Shown: in pieces, positions 30,033 to 46,215 of the stretch | How positions within the stretch are numbered: the first letter of the stretch is position 1 | How the letters are laid out: every line of letters begins with the position of its first letter | Source: the human T2T-CHM13v2.0 reference genome, Homo sapiens | Direction: 5' to 3' (one strand) | Length of the DNA stretch: 64,000 bases | Assembly: GCF_009914755.1 (NCBI RefSeq) | Contig: NC_060940.1 | The notes under the pieces: generated by a model | The model's database searches: none | The model's input: only the letters and a program-made list of their open reading frames with translations | Told to the model about the DNA's origin: nothing | Translations under genes and position numbers: made by a program

Positions 30033-30229
30033 GACTATATCTATATTCTACTATACCAGTTATTGTGAGTAATTCATGGAGGTTCAGAATGGGTAGAAAA
30101 GTCAATAAACAGTAAAGTTGCCTTCTGTTGTGTGCTCATTCACTCTTCCATTAAAAAATATTTCTGTTACTACTTTAAGAAAATGATTAGTGCAACAGGA
30201 AAGCAGATTGGCTGAGTCCCTCAGATCAC

Positions 30230-30385
30230 CCGCTTCTGAGTCAAACCAATAAGGTTCATGTCCCAGATCCAACAACTGTCAGCTCTGTGACCTTGGGCAA
30301 AAAACCAAACCTCCGTGAGTATGTTTACTCTAAAATAGGGATAATCACTGTGGCTGCCTCCCGGGCTTAGTGAAGTTGCATATAT
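30230..30385 (+). mobile_element. MIR
   Basis: ctgtgaccttgggcaa...ctaaaataggggataat-like core. Confidence 0.7.
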
Positions 30386-31160
30386 ATTTAATATAATAGA
30401 TGATACATACTTATATAATATTATATCCATTTAATAGAATATATGATATATACTTTTATATTTTTTAATTTAAATATAAAAGTATATTACATATTTAAAG
30501 TATTCAAATATATAATATTAATCTATGTAATATATGATTAAAGTATTATATAAATGGAAATTACATTATATAATACAAATATATGTATATATGTAAATAT
30601 GTACATATATAATACAAAGATACATATTTGTATTAAATATGTAACACAAAGATATATTTGTATTAAATATACAAAGATATACATATATTTGTACTAAATA
30701 TATAATACAAAGATATACATATATTTGTATTATATATAATACAAAGATATACATATATTTGTATTATATATAATACTTTAAATTTAAATTCAAAATATAT
30801 ATTATAAATTAAAAATACACATGTATATATTTTAATTTATATAATATAATATAATTTAAATTAGTAATTTAGTTTATAATTATTACATATATTATACATG
30901 TTTTAATTTATATATAATGGAATATAATACTTTATTATGTTACACAAATTATATATGACATGCATATTTTAATAGTTTAAATATATGTTATATATTTTAA
31001 TTTATATATCATATATTATAAAGTATATGTAAGTATACATTATGTATTATATTAAATGTATATGATATGAGTATAATATATTACGAAAGTTTTAATATAT
31101 ATTACATAATATGTACATATTTTTAATTTAAAATATATAATACTTTCAATTTATATATTC
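30385..31160. repeat. AT-rich low-complexity tract with 25-36-bp minisatellite at 30610-30776
   Basis: caaagat recurs at 30615, 30647, 30672, 30708, 30742. Confidence 0.95.
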
Positions 31161-31749
31161 ATCACTAAAAATGATTTTTTGGAACATTAGTTCTTGTTGT
31201 TAACCTTGTCTCTGAGTAGCTGATAACTTCATGAAAAAGTCAGATATTGTATAAAATGCCCTGTAAATATAAGTACAAGTGAAATCATTTCCACCATAGC
31301 CCATGATCCTTATCCATGCAGGACCAAAGACTTGGTGCCACAAGGAACAGTCAAATCTGGATGGGGAGGTAGAGGAGGAAGTGATAACAGGTTTGGTAAA
31401 CAGATAATTGGGCGAACAGAGGGAAAGTGATTCAGCAGGAGGAGACAGTGAGCCAAGTTTCTGGAAAATAAAAAGAGGTATCAATAAAAAGGTTGACAGG
31501 GAGCATAGGGTCTGGGAGGAACATACTAGAATATGAGTCTAGGAAGGAAGGTGGCATAGGCACAGAAGTAATTTCAGTAAATCCAATGAGTCTTACGGTT
31601 TTGTGAATTCAAAATTATTTTTGGAAAATCATGCTGCCTAAGAGAGATCAATTTATTTTTATTTATTTTACCCAACATAAACTATTTTGATGCACTTGAC
31701 CAGTCAGTCTTAGGGTTTAGGTCACTATCATATTCACCTGAATAAGTAT

Positions 31750-32419
<670 letters not shown>

Positions 32420-32654
32420 TAATAACAATATTAAAAAATTATTAAACCTCTAATTACTGTAGCACATATCAGAAGATTTCTCTTTTATTTGGTTTAAGTT
32501 ATTTTGGAGAAATAAAAATTGTATTTTTTGTGTGCATGATCTTTTGAAATGTGTAAACATTGCGAAATGCCTCAACCGAGCTACATCACATAAACATTTA
32601 TATTCTATTTGATTGTGTGAATCTCACCAATCTGGAAGTCATAAAATAAGCCAA

Positions 32655-33640
32655 TTATATATAATATAGTTTATATATATAATATATGTTATATATAATA
32701 TATAATATATATAATATATGTTATATATAATATATAATATATATAATATATGTTATATATAATATATAATATATATAATATATAATATATATTATATGTT
32801 TAATATATTTATATGTTTAAATATATGTATAAACATATATGTATAAATTATGTATAAATATACATAATATACATAAAATATGTATATTATGTATATTTAT
32901 GTATATGTATCATTATGTATAAAATATGTATAAATATGTGTATAAACATTTATATGGATAAATTATGTATAAACATATTTATATGTATAAATATGTTTAA
33001 TATATATAATACATATTAAATATATATATTATATAATATATAAATTTATATTATATATTAAATATATAATATACAATATATATTATATATTATATATATT
33101 ATATAATATACAATATATATTATATATTATATATATTATATAATATACAATATATATTATATATTATATATATTATATAATATACAAATATATATTATAT
33201 ATTATATATATTATATAATATACAAATATATATTATATATTATATATATTATATAATATACAAATATATATTATATATTAAATATATATATTATATAATA
33301 TACAAATATATATTATATATTAAATATATATATTATATAATATACAAATATATATTATATATTAAATATATATATTATATAATATATAAATATATATATT
33401 ATATAATATATAAATATATATATTATATAATATATAAATATATTATATATAAATATATGTAAATGTATATAATATGTATTATATATTATATATAATATCC
33501 TATATATTATATATAATATTCTATATAGTATATATAATATTCTGTATAGTATATACAATCTGCATAGTATATATAATAGTCTATATAGTATATATAGAAT
33601 AGTCTATATAGTATATATATAATAGTCTATATATATATTA
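32655..33640. repeat. ~1-kb complex (TA)-rich VNTR
   Basis: Nearly pure A/T with several unit types. Confidence 0.97.
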
Positions 33641-35632
33641 GAATGTGCATTTAACTTGAAAAGGTTGAAACTCTAAAGTACTCCCCAGATAACTGGTGGT
33701 GAATTGGGAGCCAGATGATGAAGTGGCAGCAGAAAGTACAGCTGACCATGAGTACAGGGTCTAGAAGAATATTGTAATACATCTACATCTCTTCAAGAAC
33801 ACAACAAGTTGGCGTTATTTAGCAGGAGGGCAGGATATTCCATGGTCTCCAAATCTTGGAGGTCCTTTCTGCACTGGATTACAATTCTGAAACTCATCAT
33901 CCATATTTAGAAAAGTGGAGACAGTGAATTACATTTTACAGGGATTTTACCCAAAAATGGTTAAAATGACAAAGTCTCTGTGCTTCAGTATATTAGCCTT
34001 CATAATTTTCAACACCCAACATTTAGTTTTTTATCTTATTCCCAGGATGACATGTTTGACTGAAGTATCTAAGACACCTTTAGGGGTAGACTAAACTTCT
34101 GCCACTCTCTCCCAACAAAATATCTGTGTCATATGAATGTTGTAGGCCTGCCATTGTAAAAGAGAAAGTAATCAAGACTTTAATGGGATTATTTTTAATT
34201 GTCTTCTTGCATATAAAAATGAAATGACAGGTTCTGAAAGGAAACTTGGCATTTGGGAAAGAGGGTGGAAAAACCAGACAAATGTAATTATCCTAAACTG
34301 TTTTAAGGTACATTTTTCCTATGCTCATGTAAGAATTAAAATTAGTGTTTTAAAGAATAAGTTACTGGTAAATCGCATGGCAAAAGAACATACATGTTCA
34401 TTTTTTCTTCCTTATTTCAATTTTCTGAGAAAATTTAAGTAGTTATTTCTCAGGTGAGTTTTAAAATTCATCCTTAGAGATTGGAAACTCAAGGGCCACG
34501 CATTGAGACTTACACATTTATTATAATAAAATATGCTTCTGGCATATTAACTTTTACTACCATGTTGTCAAACTTAGAAATATTGCAGTGGAAGCAAAAC
34601 CAAGAAAATGGCTATCGGTATGTTCTTTGATGAATGAAGGTGTGTACACATAGATTGAACAAATTTTTTACACTAATTTATATAATGTTTAGCCCTTTAA
34701 TGCCAAATATTACACATTTAATGTTGTCTTATTACGAGCACTCATTCCGGAGTACAAAAAATTGAGAGGAAAAACAAAAGAGACTTCTCTTCGCTATTGT
34801 AACTCCATGCTGGTTTGGTTGGTGCAGGTGTTTGGGTGATGGCCACCATTTTGGTCTTGTCAGTTACTTAAGGCTGTAGACAATAAAGGTTGCATTCCTG
34901 AAATAAAGAGTTGGTTCTCTAATCTTGTGGAAAGAACCAGTATTCATTTTCTACCAGGAAGCAAAATGCCAAGGTCACAGGGACAGAAAATATTGCTTCC
35001 CAAGAAACTGTGGTTGACAAGATGGCTCGAGTTCAAGTGAATCCTGAAAGTATCAGTTTCCAAGGAGACCTGTGGCCCCACCCAGCCACCTACAAAGCTT
35101 AGCCATCGTTTCACTCAGAGCAGCAGCCGTTTCTTGCAAACTGGCAGCTCATTTCTGGATACTCAATAGGGTGCATAAGAATGATAAATTTTTTTCAAAT
35201 CATGTGCGCTAGCTCTGTTGACCTTCAGCTGTGCTGCGCCTTCTTTAATTGGCATAAATCTTGGACTGCCCATTGGATGTCTTTCTGGAATCTGATGTCT
35301 TTCTGTCTATCTGATTCCTAAGAGGAAGTGAAATATTCAGTTAAATAGTTTCGTTGAGTCCTTGTAGTGCTAGGATCTTTACAAGAGCGGTTTAGTAGGT
35401 GTTGAGATAGACTATCTATCAGCTTCCCTTCCCAGGAGAACGTGTCCTGTTAGAAATTGCATCTTTTGTGGCCAGTAGGGGTCTGTTTAATTGACTGAAA
35501 TAGTAATGACCCGGAGGAATTAAGACAGTTTTTAGAAACATCTTATATTGAGAAGGAAGAACAATAACTATGATAAAATTATACAAATACACAATAATAA
35601 TAAATACACATAATTTAAAGATTACAATTGTG

Positions 35633-35985
<353 letters not shown>

Positions 35986-36360
35986 CTATGTGTCAGCACT
36001 CTGTATAGCTTATCTCAGTACTAACACTAACACCCATATGATGATACCAGAGCTTTTAACCCCATTTTCTGAAATACAGAAACTAAAGAACAGATAAGTT
36101 GCTGCGAAAAGCCATATAAATATTAAGTGGTAGAGTCAGGATTTTAAACAGGGTACACTGGTTTCTTTCTTAATGTATTTTGATCCACATCTACAGGTGA
36201 AATTCAAATGCAGCTTATTGAATTTTCTCTCAAATATTATGGTGAATTATTTTATTATCTTAGTGTTTCAGATATGCCTTTTGCCACATTTCCTCAAGAA
36301 GTTGATATACTATTAAGAACTAGGCTATATTTTTAATTTTTTGTTAATTTAAATCCTTCA

Positions 36361-36680
<320 letters not shown>

Positions 36681-37491
36681 TTATAGAGCCAGTGTGGGAA
36701 GTAGGTACATCGGGGTATATCACATATAGGAAACACTGGGCAAATACTTGTGACCCTCTAGAAAGGAATAAAAAAACTCCTTCTGAAGGATACAAGTTCC
36801 AGTTCTGGTTTTTCCTTCAGTTGGCCTTGAACCAGAATACGTTCTCTGGGCCTCTCTAACTAGTCCCTGTCATGCTCTAGCCCCATCTTAGGGTTAAGGC
36901 CAAGACCCAAAACAAGCAACATGAACATCAGAACAGCACCAGAAACCCCAGGTAGGCTCCGCAGATGAAAATAATGACTGTGGCAGCCATGCTACTCAAA
37001 TGGAAGGCCTGCTTTCTTTTTAGAAGGAACCTAATTGGCAAGTAAGTTGCTATCTGACTTGATGGGCGTAAACTCACCGTTCTGCATCCCACTTTCCCGA
37101 TCTTCACTTCAGTTGCTTAAATGGAGTGCACTAAACCTCAATTTGATAATTGCATCCTCAAAACCTTTAATGAAGGTGCCTATCAAAGTGTAAATAATTA
37201 CCCCGTAATCTTGTATTTGCAAACTGCGTCTTGGCTGTTTACGCTTCACCGAGGTTCAAATCAGAGGTTCAGGGCTTCCCCAGCCCTCACATTCCTGTTG
37301 ACGTCAGAGGAATTTCAAGGACCTAGAGGACAGCATTGTAACACGGTTCAACCAAGGCGTTCACCTTCACTCCCTCCCAACGCTGACATCTGTCATTTTC
37401 TGGTGCTATTTATAAATCCAAGGGAGCATTGCTGTTTTGTTTTGGTGCTGGTGATGCAGACACTCATCCTCATTAGAATTTTTGCCCTGAC

Positions 37492-37840
<349 letters not shown>

Positions 37841-39872
37841 TCAGGCCTGGCCTTGTTGCTCTGGGACTTGCTCCCTCCTCGCTAACGTGTTTCCTTCTTT
37901 GGAGATTACCCACTTTAGCTCACCTGGGGAACACACACACCACTGACCCAGTTAGGGCTTCTTCCAGCCTCTTCTCTTTTTTCCATTCTTTTGACTGCGT
38001 TAATTATTCACAGGAACCCGTCAATGAAAGCACCAGGGATTATCCAGGAGGCTGACCACCAAATTAGAACAAGAAAATACTTGAAACAGTTTGCATGCTG
38101 TCTGAGGGTGCAGCTACGGAGAGGGTATGTTTTAGGTGCTGGGGTCTGAGAGAAATGAAAAGAGACGCCAAGCCAGGTGACTGACAGAAGGTAGGCGACA
38201 AACCCAGGCTTCCCAGGCTCGTACTTTCTCTTCGGTGCTGTATTTTTCAGCACACAAACTTGCTGAGAGTTTGCAGCTGACATCTCGAGAAGTATTCTTC
38301 TTAAAAGCTGAGCGAAAATTATTCACCTCATGTGAAAACAAGTGCGATTTACATCTAATGTGGGTAATTACTTTTACAGTTAATTAAAAGCGCTCTCATT
38401 AAACTCCCGCTGTGATGCCAATGCATAGCTCTTATTTGCAAACAGACCTTTGGTTTGAGCTCACCTGGTGACAGGAGACTCCTACCTGAAACAGGGATGC
38501 CGTTCTCGGTACTATGTTTAATTGTGCTGAGCCAGCAACCCTCGAGTTACCCGGCCTTTTACCCCACGCCAGCTCTGCTTGTCTGCATGGCTAGATTTTG
38601 AGATATGGAAGCCTCTTGTCCTCTCATAACCACACTCCAAAAAAAAAGTAAGGTGAAGAAAACAAAATAACTCACAGGAGGTAGGGATGCCAAAGAAAGG
38701 TAGGGGACTCAAAGAAAGAAGTCAAGATGAAAAGCCTGCTGTCTTTATTTGCATAATAGTTTGGTTGGGGATCGTTTTGTAGTTGTTCTGGCTTTACAGC
38801 TTTTTCCTGCCTAAGAAGATATTTACTGTCAGAGAAAATATCCCCTTAGGCCCCCTGAAGATTCCTCCAAATGTTTATAAAGTCAGCAGCTCTGCCCTGC
38901 AACCTACCCAACTAAGGTAAACTTTACTCCCTTGGTTGAAGTGATTTGTGTTGAGATTTTACTTAGTTTACATGCGTTGTTTGCTGTTTGTATGATTTCA
39001 GGTGAAATAGCTCTTACATCCTGAGTCATCTTCATATTTAGGTTGAAACCATAGACTTTTCGGAATATTCTTTGCCCTGAAGCATCTCTGCCACGCTGAA
39101 CCTTCTTAAACACATATTAATGAAATGTCTCCTCAAATGATCACATTCCTAGTAAGTAATTAGGGCTTAGTAATTAAAACATGCAGTCATTTGAGACTTA
39201 AATTTTGAAGGCACAGAAAGATTGAGAAATTTAAAAAGTTTACGGACCTGATGAATTGGATACTCTTGCATAGGACTTGGTGCTTTCGGTATTTTTTGCA
39301 AAGTTATTTGCTCCCATCTGCTGGCCATTTGTGATATTGCAGGTGCTGAGCTAATTTGTGAATGGAAAAGGAAGTGAATAAAATCTATCACTGCAAACAT
39401 TTTATACTATTCTTCATGTATTCAAGTAAACTGATTTGAATCTTGGTTTTTGTTTGTTTGTTAGTTTTGTTTTGTTTTGTTTTGTTTTTGCGGTTGGAGG
39501 ATTAAGTGAACACAGACTCTGAAGAATTCTGCTGAAAGGCAAGCATGATTTGAAATTTTTACCAACATCAGAGTTACTCAAGTTTTGAAAGCCAGAACAC
39601 CCTCGTTATCTTTAATAAAGCAATTAACTTTAGAACATTGGTTTAAATATTCAAATTCAAGCACAGTATATTGTGTAAGGGAGAGTATAAAATACATAGC
39701 TCGTAGACCAGATGGATTTCAATCTCCCTTATGCTTTTAATCATCGGAGTGGTAGGAAGCCAATTCCCTACACTCTAAAACTCAGTTTTTTCACCTGTAA
39801 AATGGAAACACTGGGCAAAAGGGTCCCTAAGGCTTGAACTTATTCTCAAAATCTGAGTCTTTGTGAAGGTTA

Positions 39873-40208
<336 letters not shown>

Positions 40209-40958
40209 TTAGTCTTAGCATCTAAACTCATATTCAGTGACTTGTCTTAAATTAGAAGCCGTTGTTATTTTCACAACAATAGGCAATGTAAGCATGCATC
40301 CAAACTATCAGAAAGCTTGCCTTTGCAAAGGAGACCATCTGTAATGTTGAGTCAAGATTTAAAATGCACCTTGAATGCTTTTTGGAGTGTGATGTCAAAA
40401 ATGTATCTTGTGTTAATATTATAAACCGTTCTGCTATAACATTTATTTGCTGTTTAAGAAGGAAGAGCAAAACCTTCTTCCTCAGCAGTAATCAATTTCT
40501 CAGTTGATCATAAGCCGATTTGGGCTTGTCAGATGAACCTTTGACTGTGTCTCCTCACACTCCTGAGAGGTGGCTTAAGCTGTCCTGTATTTCCTATGAA
40601 AAGCTCTCTGGGACTTTGTATTTGAGTCCAGGAGAACAATGCTGTGCCCAGGATATGTGATCCTTACTTAGCTTCTCATGACAAGTCTAAGCATCCTGGT
40701 CTTTTCTTTCCATTGCTCTTCCAGAGTGAATGACTGCAATAATCAATTTAGAGGTTTTCAGGGGCTGTATTGTGGAAACACCTGGGCCCTGGAGCACAGC
40801 AGCCTGTGATTGCCCTGGGATTCCTTTTAAGGAATTTTTCTTGTCCCCTAGAGCTTAGACTAAGCGGAGGTGGCCTCTGGACCACAGTTATCTTTTTTCA
40901 GTATTAAGTAGCCAAGCATCCTGCAAGAGAGATCAGCACAAAGAGCTCCTTGATCCTC

Positions 40959-41385
40959 TGTATTTATTTTCTATGACTTCCGTAGCAAATCATCACAATC
41001 TAGGTGCTTAAAACAACTGAAATATATTCTCTGACAGCTCTGGAGGCTCTACGTCCAAGTTGAAAGTGTGAGCAGGACGGCTCTCCCAGCAAAGGTTCTG
41101 GGGAAGATTCATCTTTGCCTCTTCCAGTGTCTGGTAGCTTAGTGTCACATGACTTGTAGCAGCATCTCTCTAATCCCCACCTGTCTTCACATGGCTTTCT
41201 CTTCTGTCTCTTAAAAGGATACTTGTTACTGGATTTAGAACCCACCCAGATAATACAGAATTTTCTCATTTCAAGACCCTTAATTATGTCTGCACAGACT
41301 CCATTTGCAAACAAGGTCACATTCACAGGCACTAGGGACTAGTCGGCTTGAGCATATCTTTTGGGGGGCTGCTGTTGAACCCCGT
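40959..41385 (-). mobile_element. MLT1 (MaLR) LTR
   Basis: tgtatt...gcttaaaacaac...tctggaggc...aaggtcacattcacagg. Confidence 0.85.
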
Positions 41386-43000
41386 GCTGGCTACTCACTT
41401 CTAAATCCTCTGAGGTCTCGGGAGCTTCGTTGTCCGGTGTTTCTCTCCACATTTTCTCGGGAATCTTTAAGTGCCAGATACTTCAGAGCTGGGAATGCTG
41501 CTGGTAAGGGATCCGGGATGCTGGCATCCTTGCATTGTGGGCATGAATAACCCTGACCTACAAAAATTATCAAAAACAACCAACACACCAAGTGTAGAAG
41601 AAAAGAAGTCTCTCTCGGGAGAGAGAACTGCTTCTGAAAAGAACGGACACATGAGTGCTTTGATGTCTAAAATCTCAAAGAACCTAGAGGCCTTGGAAGA
41701 GAAAACTTTAAAAATAGACATGTTTTTAAGTTCTCAATGCTTCAGTCAGAACCAGGTTTCACAAAGCCTGTTGGAAGATGTCATCAAGGACAGCTGACAT
41801 TTACTGATAACTTGCCATATGCTAAGACCCTGGCGTGTATTGGATATGCCTAGCCACAAACGAGGCAACCATGATTGTTAATATGCTTCTCTTACAAATA
41901 GGGAAAGTGAGGCTAAGCAAACTCGGCCTCCTTGTGCAGAGTTCCAAAACTGGTGTGGTTGAGTCCGGTAGGATAAACCCTAGCAGTGTGATTCTGCTAT
42001 CTGTGTGGAATCCCATCTGTCGCCAGCAAGTGAGCCTCCGCTGTTCAGGGTTTCCCGGCTACAAAAAGTAGAAGGGCTGCCTTCTGTCGGGAAATTGATT
42101 GCTTGGTGATGAGTCCACAGCTCAAAATTCATACTTAACACTTTTAAGTAGTTGAGCTGTTTTCCAAGCGAAGTGGTCGAGTGGGGCTGAAGTACTTACT
42201 TGACGAGTCTGGTTCAGAAAAGGTCAGGTCGGAACCCACCCAGAGACACCGGCTCTAGGCAGCGTGATCCGAACAATAATTTGTTCTCGCCAAAGTGACA
42301 TTTTTCCAATTTGAGTCCAGCATTGTTCAGAAGCAAATGCAGTCCCCTGGGGCGCCTCCCGCATAGATCTGCAGCAGATGACAAACCAACAATATCATCT
42401 AAATAAAAAATCCAGCATGGGTTTAGTAAATTAATCCTGACAAGAATAAATTGAATAATCTTAGGGAAATGGCGAGAGCTCTGATTCTGCCAGATGGCTC
42501 TTTTCTGTCGCTTGCGTGGGTCCTCGGTGGCAGATTAAGAGCAAAAATCTGCCTTTGGTTTATTGATTTCGTTAGTTCGTTGATTAACACCTGCCACTTC
42601 TGTGTGGGTAAATCATAATCGGATATGGACTCTTCCTGGCAAACTTAACATATTTTCACTCAAGGAGAGAAAGGAAATGCTTATTTCACCTGGTCAGAAC
42701 GGGCAAAAGCAGACAGAGAGCTGCTTTTCCTCACCTCGTTTCTCAGTGGTATTTTCTAGGTTTAAAAGTAATCTGTGATTTTCATCACTCCCATATTGAG
42801 TTAATCTCCCGTTTCTGTTTAGGTTGCTTAGCAGACAAATTCAAGGAGAGTTTTTAGTAAGAGTGAGGGGTGTTTTTCCTGACTCAGTGTCCGAAGTCAA
42901 GCAGAGACTTCAGCCATTAATTTAGGAGACAGGGTGAGAAAAGGAAGATACCGCGTGTACACATGATCCCACGTCCTAGGACTGGGCCTTACAGGTCGTC
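41340..43000. promoter_or_regulatory. Candidate enhancer or alternative promoter (CpG-retaining, mostly repeat-free)
   Basis: Visibly raised CpG density; CAGATG E-boxes at 42375 and 42491; EBF-like TCCCCTGGGG near 42343. Confidence 0.4.
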
Positions 43001-43009
43001 TGGGAACCT

Positions 43010-43722
43010 TGTCTTAGTCAGCCTGGGCTACCCTAACAAACTGCCATAGACTGGATAGCTTCTGAACAGAACATTTACTTTGTCATAGTTCTTGTGTCTG
43101 GATATTCAAGATCAAGGTGCCAGCAGTGTCAGGTTCTGATGAGCGCCCTCTTCCTGGCTTGTAGTCAGTCATTCTCACTGGGTCCTCATTTGGACATTCC
43201 TGGGCTTACGCTACCAGAGAGAGAGAGAGAGAGAAAATGAGTGAGCTCTCTGGTGTCTCTTCTTAAAAGGATACTAATTCTTTCTTTATTTTATTTTATT
43301 TTTGAGATGGAATCTTGGTCTGTTGCCCAGGCTCTAGTGCAGTGACGTGATCTCAGGGCTCGCTGCAACCTCCGCCTCCTGGGATGAAATGATTCTCCTG
43401 CCTCAGCCTCCAAGTAGCTGGGATTATAGATGCCCACCACCATGCCTGGCTAATTTTTCTATTATATTGAAATCCAATGGGGTTTCACCTTGTTGGCCAC
43501 GTTGGTCTTGAGTCCCTGCCCTCAAGTGATATACCTGCCTTAGACTCCCAAAGTGATGGCATTATAGGTGTGAGCCACCACACCCAGCCAAGGGCAGTCA
43601 TTCTTAGGACCTCATTTAACCTTAATCACTTCCTTAGAGTTCCCATCTCCAAATACAGCCACACTGAGGGTTAGAGCTATGACATATGAATTTTAGGGGG
43701 GACACATACATTCAGTCCATCA
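43010..43722 (-). mobile_element. MLT1A-type LTR containing antisense Alu (43282-43589)
   Basis: tgtcttagtc...aagatcaaggtgccagca...cattcagtccat. Confidence 0.85.
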
Positions 43723-43785
43723 TACTACGTGTTAAAAATGTTGATTCTGATTCGATGTATCTGGGATGAGGTGTGATGTGTTGCA

Positions 43786-44385
<600 letters not shown>

Positions 44386-44869
44386 ATGCATTTTAACTGG
44401 CTCCCAGGGGCATCGTACTTGCTGGGGTTGCAGACTCCACGTTGACTAGGAAGTTCCTCATACTCCCCTTATGTGCGGATGAGGGAAATTTGCTGAAGGA
44501 CCGCATGGTTATTAAATAGTAACACCCTGCTTTAAGAGTCTAGTGCCGTGAGTCTAATGCCAGGAGTCTAATGCCAGAACTGGAATTACCCGCAGCCCTG
44601 TCCTCCCACCCTTCAGCCTTCAGTCCACTGCCACATCCCCTGGAGGGCTTGGTAGCATGCATCGACGGGCCCTCACCCTTTGAATTTTGGATTCAGTAAC
44701 TGAGGGCTCTTCCGTGCAAACCTCATATTTTTCACTTCAGGAGAGAAAGGAAATGCATCACCTGGTCAGAACAGGCAGAAGCAGACAGAGAGCTGCTTTT
44801 TCTCACCTCATTTCTCAATGGCATTTTCTACAGAAAATACAGCCTGAGAATCTGGGTATTTTTCTTTGC

Positions 44870-46215
44870 TTATTTATGTAAACTGACAAAAGTTATATAT
44901 ATTTATCATGTACAACATGATGTTTGGAATGTGTGTACATTGTGGAATGGCTAAATAGAGCCAATATCATATACATTACCTCACAACGTCATTTTTTTGT
45001 GGTTAGAACACATAACATCTACTTTCTTAGCAATTTTCAAGATTACAACATGTTGTGAACTGTAGTCACCATGTTGTATAATATTTTAACTTATTCCTCC
45101 TGTCTCACTGAAATTTTATGTCTTTAGGCCCAGATCTCCCCAGCAAACCCCCTGGTAGTGAGGGTAGTCCCTGCCAGCCCTTGGTAACCACCATTGTACT
45201 TTTTAGCATATTTTTTGTATTTGTTTCATGCAGTATTTGTCTTTCTGTAACTAGCTCATTCAACTTAACACAGTGTTCTCCAGGTTCATCCATGTCATCA
45301 CAGTGACAGGCTTTCCTTCTTTATTAAGGCTGAAATGGTATTCTGTTTTGTATATATACCACATTTGCTTTATGTGGTTCTTCCTTGATGGACACTTAGT
45401 TTTTTGCTTTTTGTTTTATTTCAGTAGGTTTCTGGGGAACAGGTGGTGTTTGATTACATGAACAAGTTCTTCAGTGGTGGTTTCTGAGATTTTAATGCAC
45501 CCATCACCCAAGCAGTGTACACCGTACCCAACGTGTAATCTTTTATCCCTCACCACTCCCCGACACTTTCCCCTGAGTCCGCAAAGTCCACTGTACCATT
45601 CTTATGCCTTTGCTTCCTCATCGCTTAGCTCCCACTTATGAATGAGAACATGCAATGTTTCGTTTTCCATTCGTGACTTGTTTCACTTAGAATAATGGTC
45701 TCCAGTTCCATCCAGGTTGCTGTGAATGCCATTATTTCATTCATTTTTATGGCTCAGTAGTATTCCATTATATATGTTGGGGAAGTATTTTATTACATAT
45801 GTATATATAAGATGTAGTATTCCATTTTATATATGTAAGTATATGCATGTATATTGGGTAAGTTTTCTGTTATATATGTATAGTATATTATATATTGTAT
45901 TCATCTATGTATAGTATTCCAATATACCACACTTTCTTTTATCTACTTGTGGATTGGTGGGCATTTGGGCTGGTTCCATATTTTTGCCACTGTGAATTGT
46001 GCTGCTATAAAAGTGGGGTATTCAGTTTGATTCCCTATCTTGGCTATTGTGAATAATGCTGCAGTGAAGAAGGAAGTGCAGAGATCTCTTTGACATATGG
46101 ATTTCATTTCCTTTGAGTGAATATGCAGTAGTCGGATTGCTGGATCATACAGTAGATCTGTTTTTAATTTTTTGAGAAGCCTCCACACGGTTTTTTGTAA
46201 TAACTGTAAGAATAT
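44870..46215 (-). mobile_element. L1MA 3' end with nested L1PB-like 3' end (~45400-46015)
   Basis: Two successive antisense 3'UTRs; outer element resumes at ttccctatcttggctattgtgaat. Confidence 0.85.

Noticed and set aside
41471-41797. 108-aa ORF in unique sequence with protein-like composition
   Set aside because: No recognisable domain, GTG start, no exon signals, and an ORF of this length is expected by chance in 64 kb. A BLASTP hit or Ribo-seq signal would be needed.
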